Below, piece after piece: positions 38,772 to 47,655 of a stretch of DNA of 64,000 bases. The first letter of the stretch is position 1. Every line of letters starts with the position of its first letter. The notes beneath the pieces are model-generated. The model saw only the letters and a program-made list of their open reading frames with translations, was not told where the DNA came from and made no database searches. A program made the translations under genes and the position numbers. Origin of the DNA: Minisyncoccota bacterium. Lineage in GTDB: Bacteria; Patescibacteriota; Minisyncoccia; Phycocordibacterales; UBA9973. The stretch is from contig JAGOQQ010000006.1 of NCBI GenBank assembly GCA_017991395.1, forward strand, positions 66-64,065. Reading direction: 5' to 3'.

Positions 38772-39785
38772 TTACAGCTTGAAATGTTCTTTGTAGATTG
38801 TAAGTAGAGTGTATAGAAGTGACACGAGGAGTGGCCCGATAAGGACACCAACAGCACCCATCAAAGAAATTCCTCCGAGAACAGAGAATAGTATGATCAG
38901 CGGATGCAGATCAATCTTTTTCCCAACCACCACTGGATTAAGAATGTTGTCGATAGTTCCGACAAGTACAAGTGCCCAAAGTGACAAACCAACCATACCA
39001 AATGTGTCACCGACTAGCGCAAGATACCCGATCGCAGGCAACGCAACGAGTGCGGTACCAACAGAGGGCACCATTGATGCAATACCTGCAAAAATTCCCC
39101 ACAGTGCTGGATTTGGTACACCAAAAATCCACAGCCCGACTCCCATCAACAACCCCTGGACGAGCGCAATGAGCAAATACCCTTTCATCACACCGTTTAC
39201 TGCACGTGAAAGCTTGGTGAGGATTTTCTCATCATACTCGTCTGAAAGTGGTGAGATTTCCATTAATGTTCCTCTCCAGTGATGTCCGTCTTTTAAAAAG
39301 TAAAAAAGTGAAAGAAGCACAAGAAGGAATCCTAGAAGCGTGCTAATTGTTGAAGTGAAAATTGTTGCGACGTTTTTTGAAAGTGAGGTGACTGCGTTTG
39401 CCAACTTTTCTTCAAGCCCAGATACCATTTCGATTGGAACAACTTTTGAAAGAGTGGTAGACAATTGAGCAATGTACGGTTGTGAGCCTCCGTGAGAAGT
39501 AAATGTCGCGTACAATTCTTGAGCTTGGTCAAACACCATTCCACCAATAAAAAATGCGGGCACTCCGAGTACTATTACAAAACATACAATAGTAAGAAGT
39601 GACGAGAGCCACGGAGTGTTATTTGTAACTTTGTTATTGAAAAAAGTATATATAGGATAGAGAACCACAGACAGAGAGATACTCACTATAAGAGTAGTGA
39701 GAAATGGCCAAAAAACCACACTGCACAAAATTCCCACCAAAATGAGTAGTGAATAAAAAAAGTTTTTCTCCATTACGCGTGCTTT
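38772..39785 (-). CDS. AI-2E family transporter (UPF0118/PerM)
   Basis: Eight TMs with a conserved C-terminal half (GIFAGIASMVPSVGTALVALP). The likely start is an internal Met (MKARVMEKNFF). Confidence 0.7.
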   Translation of the reverse strand, partial: KARVMEKNFFYSLLILVGILCSVVFWPFLTTLIVSISLSVVLYPIYTFFNNKVTNNTPWLSSLLTIVCFVIVLGVPAFFIGGMVFDQAQELYATFTSHGGSQPYIAQLSTTLSKVVPIEMVSGLEEKLANAVTSLSKNVATIFTSTISTLLGFLLVLLSLFYFLKDGHHWRGTLMEISPLSDEYDEKILTKLSRAVNGVMKGYLLIALVQGLLMGVGLWIFGVPNPALWGIFAGIASMVPSVGTALVALPAIGYLALVGDTFGMVGLSLWALVLVGTIDNILNPVVVGKKIDLHPLIILFSVLGGISLMGAVGVLIGPLLVSLLYTLLTIYKEHFKL

Positions 39786-39865
39786 CATAAAATATATTAT
39801 ACCACAATTTAGTCGACAAAATGTGTAAAATAAAAACACGCACATAGTTGTGCGTGTTTTTATTT

Positions 39866-40120
39866 TTATGAAAGATGCTTAGAAACGAGCTTTGTCATTT
39901 CAAACATTGACACTGTTCCCTTTCCTCCGAAAACTTTGTTAAGAGCTTCGTCTGGAACGATATTTCGCTTGTTTTTTGGATCTTGAAGATCGTGCTTTTT
40001 GATGTACACCCAGAGAGCTTTGACCACTTCACTTCGTGGCATAGGTCCCTTTCCTACTACGGCTTCGAGTTCTGCACTCAATGTCATAGGCTTCATAAAT
40101 GCTGAGTTTGCTGTTGGCAT
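39866..40120 (-). CDS. SWIB/MDM2 domain protein (84 aa)
   Basis: LSAELEAVVGKGPMPRSEVVKALWVYIKKHDLQDPKNKRNIVPDEAL matches the SWIB domain pattern. Confidence 0.8.
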   Translation of the reverse strand: MPTANSAFMKPMTLSAELEAVVGKGPMPRSEVVKALWVYIKKHDLQDPKNKRNIVPDEALNKVFGGKGTVSMFEMTKLVSKHLS

Positions 40121-40266
40121 AATTTAATTATTACTATAGTAATGCCTTATATGGTAGCACATAATCCAATAAATTCCCAGCAAGTCTATACGACAAACGG
40201 GGAAAACGAAAAAACGGCACCCGAAGGTGCCATTTATATATCTAGTCAACATATGACATATTTCTG

Positions 40267-40515
40267 CTATTTTATACTCTTTATTAGCTCCAATTTTTCT
40301 GACCGTGACATTGATTTTATCCTTGCTTCTGCTTTTGACGAAGTTGATCGATTTTTGAATTTTTTAGAATATACCAACGCGACTGGACGACGAACTCGAG
40401 TATACTTTGCTCCCTTTGAAGAAGAATTGTGCTCGTTTACTCGACGATTAATATCGGTGGTGATTCCGGTATAGAGTGTGCCGTCTTTGCACTTGAGGAT
40501 GTAGAGGAAATACAT
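40267..40515 (-). CDS. GIY-YIG nuclease-domain protein (UPF0213/YhbQ-like), copy 1
   Basis: YFLYILKCKDGTLYTGITTDINRRVNEHN GIY-YIG motifs; 82 aa. Confidence 0.75.
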   Translation of the reverse strand: MYFLYILKCKDGTLYTGITTDINRRVNEHNSSSKGAKYTRVRRPVALVYSKKFKNRSTSSKAEARIKSMSRSEKLELIKSIK

Positions 40516-40622
40516 AAATTAACTATAACAGAAGAAGGTAGTACGTGGATCGTAGAACGCGGAACGTTAAACGCAAAAGTACTAAACACAGGAACACTAA
40601 AACACGACATCATAGCATTCGC

Positions 40623-40790
40623 GTCATCCTGAACTCGTTTCAGGATCTCAAGAATTTTTTCCCCTCCTTGTTGAGGAGGGGTGCCTGAAAGGCGGGGTGG
40701 TGTGCCTCCCCTTGAGGGGAGGTGTCCGAAGGACGGAGGGGTAAGAATGAATTGAATGAATTTTAGATCCTGAAACGAGTTCAGGATGAC
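40623..40790. mobile_element. MITE-like 168-bp element with perfect 25-bp terminal inverted repeats (GTCATCCTGAACTCGTTTCAGGATC ... GATCCTGAAACGAGTTCAGGATGAC)
   Basis: The TIRs are exact reverse complements. The interior carries two GC-rich hairpins (CCCCTCCTtgttgAGGAGGGG; CCTCCCCttgaGGGGAGG) in an otherwise AT-rich context, with no ORF. TIR-like half-sites recur at 16156-16182 and 55609-55658. Confidence 0.45.
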
Positions 40791-40846
40791 ACGGGATTCT
40801 GCATTTCACTATCGCCTATAAACTATTCGCCATCACCTTTATTCTT

Positions 40847-40907
40847 TTACCCCTCCTCACATTCACTTCGTGTAATGTCGTCCTCCCCTCTAGGAGAGGC
40901 TTGAATT
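40847..40907 (+). repeat. 60-nt repeat (family C) copy 1: TTACCCCTCCTCACATTCACTTCGTGTAATGTCGTCCTCCCCTCTAGGAGAGGCTTGAAT
   Basis: 58/60 identical to 57921-57980. It shares the TCACTTCGTG + CCTCC hairpin architecture with 14541-14575 and 40976-41020. Confidence 0.7.
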
Positions 40908-40928
40908 CTGAATTCCCTACCCGCTATA

Positions 40929-40952
40929 GCTTTTCATAAGTGTTCCCTTAAC
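40929..40952 (+). repeat. Conserved 24-mer GCTTTTCATAAGTGTTCCCTTAAC (copy 2)
   Basis: See 4117-4140. Confidence 0.7.
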
Positions 40953-41020
40953 CTATCACCTATTTCAACCTCACCAGTCACTTCGTGTCCTCCTCTCCTG
41001 TCTGGGAGAGGAGGGATTCT

Positions 41021-41062
41021 TTCGGCGTTTGTCCGCGTTAAGTCTGCGCACAGTCAGCGTCT
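41021..41062. repeat. TCCGCGT-type box array in the 3' UTR of the ABC-F gene
   Basis: ttcggcgtttg tccgcgttaag tctgcgcacag tcagcgtct directly after the ABC-F stop. Confidence 0.55.
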
Positions 41063-42574
41063 CTACCCTTTCATTTCCTCCAACAATTCCCCAAGCTCCT
41101 TGTGTCTCGGAAGCACTGTCTGATTGTGAACCACCCAAAACATAGTTGGTGCAAATGCTTCGATAAATTCGTAATCATGACTCACAAGTAGAATTGTACT
41201 TTTTGATGTCTTACACGCTTCAAGTAGGATTTCCCAAGTAACTTCATCAATATGGTTTGTAGGCTCGTCGAGAATTATCAAATCTGGTCGCTGTCCAAAC
41301 ACAATCGCAAATCGAAGTCGCATTCTCTCCCCTCCTGAAAGATTTTTAATCGGTGAAATCATTCTTGGTGTATCAAATTTCATCATACCTAGAACTGAGC
41401 GCGCTTCTTGATCAATCATATTGAGCTTCTGACACACAATATCCACCGCGCGAAGTTCTGGATCAAATTGTGCATGCTGATCAAAGTAGGCATAGCTGAT
41501 TCCATTTCCAAATGTCGCCTCTCCTTTTGTAAATGGAAGTTCTCCTGTGAGACATTTTAGGAATGTTGATTTACCTGAACCATTTCGTCCAAGAAGTACC
41601 ACCTTGTCACCTGTACGAATTTCCAAATCCACATTATCAAAAATCCTTTTCTTCGGCTCTGGAAATTCAAACATTCCCTTCACTACTTTCAATACGAGCT
41701 TTCCTCCGTGCAAGCCTTGTTCTGTACTTGCGATTTTGATTTTGTTTTGAGCTTCATCTGGTCTACCGTTTTCTTTTGCTTCTTTCTTAAGTTGTGCGAG
41801 TTCTTCCTTTGCACGTTTGTAAGCCGATACTTCTTTTCCACGAAATGCTTTCTGTTGCAAAATTACAATCGCCGAAGAAAGCTGTTTGATTCTTTTTGAA
41901 CGCACATCATGATCACGCTGTAGTCCAGCAATTCTCTCTACTTTCGTTTGAATATAATCATCGTAGTCACCTTCAGAAATAAATATTTTTCCTTGCACTA
42001 TTTCGCCAATTTTTGTCGCAACACCATCGATAAGCAATCTATCGTGAGAAATAAAAATAATAGCCCCACGAAATTCTTCTAGAAGTCGCACGAGTTCCAC
42101 ACGACTCACAATGTCGAGATGGTTTTCTGGTTCATCGAGAAGTAGGAAGTCCGGCGCGAGTGCAAACGCACACGAAAGCGCAAGAATCTTTTGTTGTCCT
42201 CCTGAGAGTCTCCCACACTTTGTATCTTTGTGCTTTTCAACATGAAATCCGAGCATCTTGGCAAACATATGTACTTTTTTTGAAAGTGTTTCTCCTGCTT
42301 TTTCTTTGATGAATTCTTCAATCAAAAGATCCTGATGTGAGTGGTCAAACTCCTGAGGAACAAACACAAATCGTATATGTCCTTGCTTTTCTACTCTTCC
42401 TGAATCTGGCTCAAGTTCACCACAGATAATTTTCAACAGCGTTGATTTCCCTGCTCCGTTTTCTCCGAAGATACAAATTCGCTCATCTTCCGCACAACGA
42501 AAAGAAACGCCCTGTAAAATGGGCTTTTCATTGACTGCGTATTCAACATTTTTGACTGATATAGTCTTTTGCAT
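41063..42574 (-). CDS. ABC-F family ATPase (two ABC domains, no TMD; translation-associated EttA/Uup-like)
   Basis: Two Walker A (GENGAGKST; GRNGSGKST) and two LSGG signature motifs with an inter-domain linker; 503 aa. Confidence 0.85.
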   Translation of the reverse strand: MQKTISVKNVEYAVNEKPILQGVSFRCAEDERICIFGENGAGKSTLLKIICGELEPDSGRVEKQGHIRFVFVPQEFDHSHQDLLIEEFIKEKAGETLSKKVHMFAKMLGFHVEKHKDTKCGRLSGGQQKILALSCAFALAPDFLLLDEPENHLDIVSRVELVRLLEEFRGAIIFISHDRLLIDGVATKIGEIVQGKIFISEGDYDDYIQTKVERIAGLQRDHDVRSKRIKQLSSAIVILQQKAFRGKEVSAYKRAKEELAQLKKEAKENGRPDEAQNKIKIASTEQGLHGGKLVLKVVKGMFEFPEPKKRIFDNVDLEIRTGDKVVLLGRNGSGKSTFLKCLTGELPFTKGEATFGNGISYAYFDQHAQFDPELRAVDIVCQKLNMIDQEARSVLGMMKFDTPRMISPIKNLSGGERMRLRFAIVFGQRPDLIILDEPTNHIDEVTWEILLEACKTSKSTILLVSHDYEFIEAFAPTMFWVVHNQTVLPRHKELGELLEEMKG

Positions 42575-42652
42575 TTAGAAACACACTTTAACACGGAATA
42601 GCGGTTTTGGCGAAAAATGGCACTGCGCTGGATTGAATTAAAAATTTCTCTT

Positions 42653-43282
42653 TTACCCAGAAATTACCGGTAGCTTACCAACGTATTGTTTGTTATCAAT
42701 CAAATCAACTAAAACTTTTGCAACCTTCTTTCTACTTGTGTGCAACTCTGCCGGACCTCCGTCAGAAAGTCTATAGTCGCTCACTTCGCCGACACTATTA
42801 CTTAATTTAAGCACCCTTACCACTGTCCAATCTAAGTTTGAATTTTTGAGTACATTCACGTGTTCTATTCCATCGTTAATCCGATCCGGATCAATGAGCT
42901 TTACAAAAAAATTCAACACACTGTCTATCACCGAAGGATGATCATTTTTTTCACGTGCTCCAGTCCCGGTCATACTAAGTACTCTTTTGACATTCAATTC
43001 ATTCATCGCCTTGGTGATATTAATCATTCCTTTTGTTTGCATAAGTGGATCAGAACCTTTGATGTGGCCGAGTGCACTAATCACTGCATCCGATCCCCTA
43101 ATAGCATCTATTACAGATGTATAGTCAATAACATTTCCGACCTTGATTTCTACACCGCTTGGAAAGTATTTATTCGAATTGGGACTAAAGACAGATGCCA
43201 CGACATCAAGACCACGCATTTTTGCATAGCGCACAATTTCAACACCAGTTCTTCCATCGGCACCAAAGATAGTTACTTTCAT
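42653..43282 (-). CDS. NAD(P)H-binding protein, NmrA/atypical-SDR-like
   Basis: MKVTIFGADGRTG Rossmann N-terminus; 209 aa. Confidence 0.65.
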   Translation of the reverse strand: MKVTIFGADGRTGVEIVRYAKMRGLDVVASVFSPNSNKYFPSGVEIKVGNVIDYTSVIDAIRGSDAVISALGHIKGSDPLMQTKGMINITKAMNELNVKRVLSMTGTGAREKNDHPSVIDSVLNFFVKLIDPDRINDGIEHVNVLKNSNLDWTVVRVLKLSNSVGEVSDYRLSDGGPAELHTSRKKVAKVLVDLIDNKQYVGKLPVISG

Positions 43283-43314
43283 ACTTATTTATACATTTTC
43301 ATATTACTTATAAA

Positions 43315-43719
43315 TTACATATTGAGATACGTTATTCGGAGCTGTAGCACAGTCGCAAATGTGACCCACAACAAATACGGAATGTTTATATATACAATCC
43401 AATGCAAGCTGGGTGAAGTTTTCCATAAAAGTACTAGTGCCCAAATGAGAGTTCCGAGAACAAGGACAATATCAATAGATGCAAGCAAATTATTTTTGAG
43501 TCCAAATTGAAGTGGTGTAAACAAAAAATTAAACACTAGATTAAGAACAAAAGGCAATGCAACAATTGAAGGAATTTGCTTGTTGAAGGCTTTATAAAAT
43601 ACGATTGTAAAAGTAACCGCGATTATCGCATACAGAAATGTCCATACTGGACCAAAAATCCAACTTGGTGGTGCCCATGTGGGTTTGATTATTTGAGAGT
43701 ACCAATTGTATGTGTTCAT
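43315..43719 (-). CDS. TspO/MBR-family (tryptophan-rich sensory protein)-like membrane protein
   Basis: W-rich TM helices (KPTWAPPSWIFGPVWTFLY); shorter than canonical TspO (134 aa). Confidence 0.55.
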   Translation of the reverse strand: MNTYNWYSQIIKPTWAPPSWIFGPVWTFLYAIIAVTFTIVFYKAFNKQIPSIVALPFVLNLVFNFLFTPLQFGLKNNLLASIDIVLVLGTLIWALVLLWKTSPSLHWIVYINIPYLLWVTFATVLQLRITYLNM

Positions 43720-43850
43720 ATAAAAAGTATAGCATTGCTACGTATCATTTATGTTCTTTGTATTTCATAAAAAGATCTTTTGTTAATATTACTCTGTGTT
43801 TACAGCGTCAATAATAAAATATATAGTGAATGAAATGCTCCCCAAAAACC

Positions 43851-43868
43851 CATAAGTGTCCCCTCACC
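43851..43868 (+). repeat. Degenerate copy of the CATAAGTGTTCCCTTA motif (CATAAGTGTCCCCTCACC) 20 nt upstream of the ECF sigma start
   Basis: 13/16 match to the core of the 24-mer family, directly upstream of ATG 43888. Confidence 0.4.
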
Positions 43869-43887
43869 AAATCAAATCATTGTCAAA

Positions 43888-44526
43888 ATGAAAAACAAAC
43901 AATTAGTTTCCCGAAAAGAAACCCAAACTGAGTCTAAGTACATTTTGGCATTTGAGAATTTGATTAAAAAAGATTACTGCAAGTTCAAACATTTTCTAAA
44001 TCAAAAGACGCACTGCGATCAGCTCTCAGATGACATATTGCAAGAAGCAAGTATAAAAGCACTCAAGGCACTGAGAGAGCCTGGAAAGTATGATGAAACC
44101 GGAAATATGAAAAGTTGGTTTTTAAGAATAGTTAATAATGCATTTATTGATTATTTAAGATTTAGCAAAAATATTCCCACACACAATGCGATCAACATTT
44201 CACCAACAGACAAGAGCGCAGAAGATGGGTGGACTACAGCAGTTGCTGACACAAGTGAAATCTTTATGGATTTCCCTGATGATACATCTGACAAATTAGA
44301 TGAAATTATGCAGGATGAACTTTCCAACAAAGTATTGACTGCGATTTCAAAACTACCGAAAGCTCAGCGAGAAGTCATATTCTATCGACACGTGAGACAG
44401 CTTAGTTTCAAAGAAATTGCCGAAATAACGGGAGTTTCAATTAACACATGTTTAGGCAGAATGCGATATGCGCTGATAAACATCAGAAAGACACTTGGGC
44501 TTGATAGGATACTTATAAAAGAATAG
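43888..44526 (+). CDS. ECF-type RNA polymerase sigma factor (sigma-70 regions 2 and 4)
   Basis: Region 2 (...FLRIVNNAFIDYLR) and a region 4 HTH (LPKAQREVIFYRHVRQLSFKEIAEITGVSINTCLGRMRYAL). Confidence 0.75.
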   Translation: MKNKQLVSRKETQTESKYILAFENLIKKDYCKFKHFLNQKTHCDQLSDDILQEASIKALKALREPGKYDETGNMKSWFLRIVNNAFIDYLRFSKNIPTHNAINISPTDKSAEDGWTTAVADTSEIFMDFPDDTSDKLDEIMQDELSNKVLTAISKLPKAQREVIFYRHVRQLSFKEIAEITGVSINTCLGRMRYALINIRKTLGLDRILIKE

Positions 44527-44538
44527 AAATTTAAAGCA

Positions 44539-44567
44539 AAAAGACTGCGGTGTACGCAGTCTTTTTT
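44539..44567 (+). terminator. Rho-independent terminator after the ECF sigma gene
   Basis: aagactgcg gtgta cgcagtctt + T7. Confidence 0.75.
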
Positions 44568-44595
44568 TGTTACTTGCAAAACACTATTATAAAAC

Positions 44596-44656
44596 TTCCG
44601 CGTGATGTCCGCGTCTGTCTGCGACTATTGCTGGGGTCTTTGAGCTAGAACCGTGG
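44596..44656. repeat. TCCGCGT boxes followed by the block TTGCTGGGGT-CTTTGAGCTAG-AACCGTGG shared with the tRNA-Gln 3' flank
   Basis: TTGCTGGGGT (10 nt) and CTTTGAGCTAG (11 nt) also occur within 30 nt of each other at 53389-53417, where TTGCTGGGGT is the 3' end of tRNA-Gln. Confidence 0.55.
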
Positions 44657-44776
44657 ACAACCAAGCCCTGTAAGATTAATTACCAAGGTTCGTATATTAA
44701 ATTATGAGAAGCGGGATTTATTGCTCTGTTTGAAGAGTAAAATTTTATTGAAGAATAAAATTATATTATTGACGAA

Positions 44777-45358
44777 TTAGTACTGATCAAATTGTGAAAG
44801 ATCAACATCACTTGCACTCGCAGTACCGCCAGTCACTTCATTCAATGTTACTTCCCATCCTGCTGACTGCGTAGCTGTCGTCTCAAACTCAAATGTCTCA
44901 TCGAATGCAGAGGCGTGAGCATTTCGATTGAATTTCTGCGTAGATGCATTCCAATCTGTACCTTGTGCAAATGCAAGCCAATATGTACCGTCATCTATAT
45001 TTTCCATCGTGTAAGTACTGTTAGCTTTGATATATACAGTAAGTACTGAGGCGCCGTCACGAATCAATTTTGCCACCGCGTCATAGCTAGTTCCATTACT
45101 AATTTGCAATTGTCCCTCACCTTGCAAGTACGCACTTTGTTTCTTCAAGACAGTACCAGTCGGAAGCGAATTTCCTGGCGTAAGATCTGGAACCTGTACT
45201 GTCTCTTGTTGTGATTGTGTTACTGTCGAAGGAGTTGGCAAAGGTGATGATATGTCGGTGTCTTCCATGGCACCCCAAATAATCAAACCAACAACAATTA
45301 GCCAGAACCACCAGCGAGCCACAAACCGTAGAACGTCTTTTATTGATAAGTTTTGCAT
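44777..45358 (-). CDS. Hypothetical exported/membrane-anchored protein (193 aa)
   Basis: N-terminal TM (WWFWLIVVGLIIWGA), then a S/T/Q-rich linker and a beta-rich domain; no homology. Confidence 0.45.
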   Translation of the reverse strand: MQNLSIKDVLRFVARWWFWLIVVGLIIWGAMEDTDISSPLPTPSTVTQSQQETVQVPDLTPGNSLPTGTVLKKQSAYLQGEGQLQISNGTSYDAVAKLIRDGASVLTVYIKANSTYTMENIDDGTYWLAFAQGTDWNASTQKFNRNAHASAFDETFEFETTATQSAGWEVTLNEVTGGTASASDVDLSQFDQY

Positions 45359-45364
45359 AAAATA

Positions 45365-45685
45365 TTAATCATTATTCTTATAATGTTTTGGCGACCTAAA
45401 AAACAGAACAGCCGCTACGATATCTACAACGGACCAAAGGAAATAACCAAAATATAGTGGATTGATTGGATTAAAAACAATAGCAATACCGATCATAATC
45501 AACATCCATCTCTTATTCTTTTCTTTATGATAAAGATACACAGAGAATACAGCCGATCCAAAAACCACAAGCTTCAACGCTTGGTAAAAGAAATAAGGCC
45601 AGATTGGAATTACAGCAACAAGCAAAACAATAGCCGCAATTTTTGAGAATAATATTCGATATTCGCTTTGCTCCTTAGTTACCAT
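45365..45685 (-). CDS. Small three-TM membrane protein (106 aa)
   Basis: Three hydrophobic helices; no homology. Confidence 0.4.
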   Translation of the reverse strand: MVTKEQSEYRILFSKIAAIVLLVAVIPIWPYFFYQALKLVVFGSAVFSVYLYHKEKNKRWMLIMIGIAIVFNPINPLYFGYFLWSVVDIVAAVLFFRSPKHYKNND

Positions 45686-45690
45686 ATAAT

Positions 45691-46770
45691 TTACGATCGT
45701 TCTAAATCACCAAATTGACTATAGTAGGCAATTTCCTCGATTGAAATCGAAGGAGTAAACTTTTTGATTGCATTAATCAACATTTTTTCATTGACCATTT
45801 GCTCATCCTCTAATACTGCCGCACGAGCCGCTTCGGTTACGATAAGCTCAATATCTGACCCTACGTAGTTATCAGACATCTTAGCGAGCTTTTCAAAATC
45901 AATTTTTTTATCATACGGTCGACCTGAAAGACAGATTTTAAACAAGTCTCTCCTTGCTTCTAGATCTGGTGGTCCAACAAATATACGCTTGTCCATTCGT
46001 CCAGATCGTAAGATTGCCGTGTCGATCATGTGAGGACGGTTTGTAGCTCCCACAACTAAGATTTTACTACTACCAGCATTGTTAAGCTGAAGGAGAAACT
46101 CGTTGATTTCTTCTTTCTTAATATCTGCGGATGAACTGAGTTCTTCTCGCTTTGGGATAAGACCCTCGATCTCATCAATAAAGACAATGGATGGTGCCTG
46201 CAGTCTTGCCATCTCAAAGACTTTGCCAATATTTCCAACGGCACCGTGCACATATGATGTGGCGACCGAAGATGGGTTCATTTCTATAAAACTGTACCCA
46301 AGTTGTTCAGCCAACTTTTTAACAATAAAGGTCTTTCCACATCCAGGAGGTCCGAACAACAAGATACCGTTAGGGATACCTAGCTTAAATTTCTTATACT
46401 TCTCTGGATTCATGAGTGGTTCAATTACATCATTCATAAGCATTGCTTTGAGGGGTCTCATTCCAGCAACACAATCAAAACCCCGCAAGACAGTAAGGTC
46501 ATCGATGATTGCGGTAATCTTGTCGTGAGAATGTTCGTCAGTTATAACACCAAGGTATTTTTTACCGCTTATTTCGAGATGTACGAGATCGTACTTTTGA
46601 CTACGATCAATAATCTCATCCTGTTGGATGTTGGTAAATAAATAGAGGAACTTATCATTTGAAAGCGAATACACCTCAGTGAAAAAAATCTTTTCTACAC
46701 GAGCAACCACACTCAATTTATCTTTGAGTTTGTAACCTGGGTGTAAAAGTGGTTTTGTTGTATTTGTCAT
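45691..46770 (-). CDS. Classic-clade AAA ATPase (single AAA domain, Cdc48/FtsH-ATPase-like) with ~150-aa N-terminal domain
   Basis: Walker A LLFGPPGCGKTF, Walker B IVFIDEIE, SRH ILVVGATNRPHMIDTAILRSGRMDKRIF. Start set at MTNTT so that the 46781-47650 gene is not overlapped. Confidence 0.8.
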   Translation of the reverse strand: MTNTTKPLLHPGYKLKDKLSVVARVEKIFFTEVYSLSNDKFLYLFTNIQQDEIIDRSQKYDLVHLEISGKKYLGVITDEHSHDKITAIIDDLTVLRGFDCVAGMRPLKAMLMNDVIEPLMNPEKYKKFKLGIPNGILLFGPPGCGKTFIVKKLAEQLGYSFIEMNPSSVATSYVHGAVGNIGKVFEMARLQAPSIVFIDEIEGLIPKREELSSSADIKKEEINEFLLQLNNAGSSKILVVGATNRPHMIDTAILRSGRMDKRIFVGPPDLEARRDLFKICLSGRPYDKKIDFEKLAKMSDNYVGSDIELIVTEAARAAVLEDEQMVNEKMLINAIKKFTPSISIEEIAYYSQFGDLERS

Positions 46771-46780
46771 ATATTTATAT

Positions 46781-47650
46781 TTAATAAGGTTCTGTACATA
46801 TGTATTTACCGCCCTCGACGTAACCGGCATATCTACTATTTCGACCCACATCCTTTTCGCATATTGCATTTATTGATGCTGTACTAACACACGAGTTTCC
46901 CTCAATGTCCCAGTCATATCCATATCCACAATCGCACACTCGTTTTCCATCTTCCGTAGTCGAATAAGCACCAGTTCCGTAACTATTCACACACGACTGA
47001 TTGAACGAGCTAAGGGAATAACATGCAGTTCGCCCGTTATCCCAATAAGAACCAACTTCACAATCACATATGTTTTTTCCTTCAGTAAGATCTACTTTAA
47101 GGAAACTTGTCCCTGGCCACTGTGAAGCACAGCTTTCATCACGTGCAACTGTAAATTTTACGCACTGTTGCGAGGTAGCACCTAAAGAATATCCAGCTGC
47201 ACAACCGCAAGAGTTCGTGGCACTATCATATGTTGCGTTGTATCCATTACGCTCCTGGCAAATTTCTAGAGGAGTTTGAACCGCGGGAGTTGTTTGTGTC
47301 TTTTCGGCTACTGGAACGTAGGAATTTGTATTTGTATCTGTCTCTACTTCGACATCTGTTTCTGAAGTATCAAAAATATCATTCAATGATTCGCTATTTG
47401 AGGGTGGAGGCAAAGTATTAGTCGTTGCTGTGCTATTACTATCTCCACTACTGGCGCTTACAGCAATAATAATTATTAAAACTCCAAGAGCAATCGCTCC
47501 TTGTGTCCATTTAACACCATCTGACATTGTTGACTCATCAACCGTCGATTTATGTGACGGTTGATGAGACCACTTCTTTTCTGATTTTTTAGGAGCACCT
47601 TCCCCAAGGAAGTCCAAATCAAGTTTTAGTTTTTTATCTTTATGCTCCAT
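46781..47650 (-). CDS. Single-pass membrane protein with extracytoplasmic Cys-rich repeats (C-x-C-x2-GY-x-W motif x3)
   Basis: N-terminal cytoplasmic K..L.LDFLGEG motif, TM (AIALGVLIIIIAV), S/T-rich linker, then repeats CGCAAGYSL.., CDCEVGSYWDNGRTAC, CDCGYGYDWDIEGNSC. Confidence 0.5.
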   Translation of the reverse strand: MEHKDKKLKLDLDFLGEGAPKKSEKKWSHQPSHKSTVDESTMSDGVKWTQGAIALGVLIIIIAVSASSGDSNSTATTNTLPPPSNSESLNDIFDTSETDVEVETDTNTNSYVPVAEKTQTTPAVQTPLEICQERNGYNATYDSATNSCGCAAGYSLGATSQQCVKFTVARDESCASQWPGTSFLKVDLTEGKNICDCEVGSYWDNGRTACYSLSSFNQSCVNSYGTGAYSTTEDGKRVCDCGYGYDWDIEGNSCVSTASINAICEKDVGRNSRYAGYVEGGKYICTEPY

Positions 47651-47655
47651 AGTTT

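Noticed and set aside
40142-40632. ORFs 40142-40474 (+) and 40429-40632 (+) near the GIY-YIG gene
   Set aside because: The first is antisense to the GIY-YIG CDS. The second runs into the left TIR of the MITE-like element. Neither has homology.
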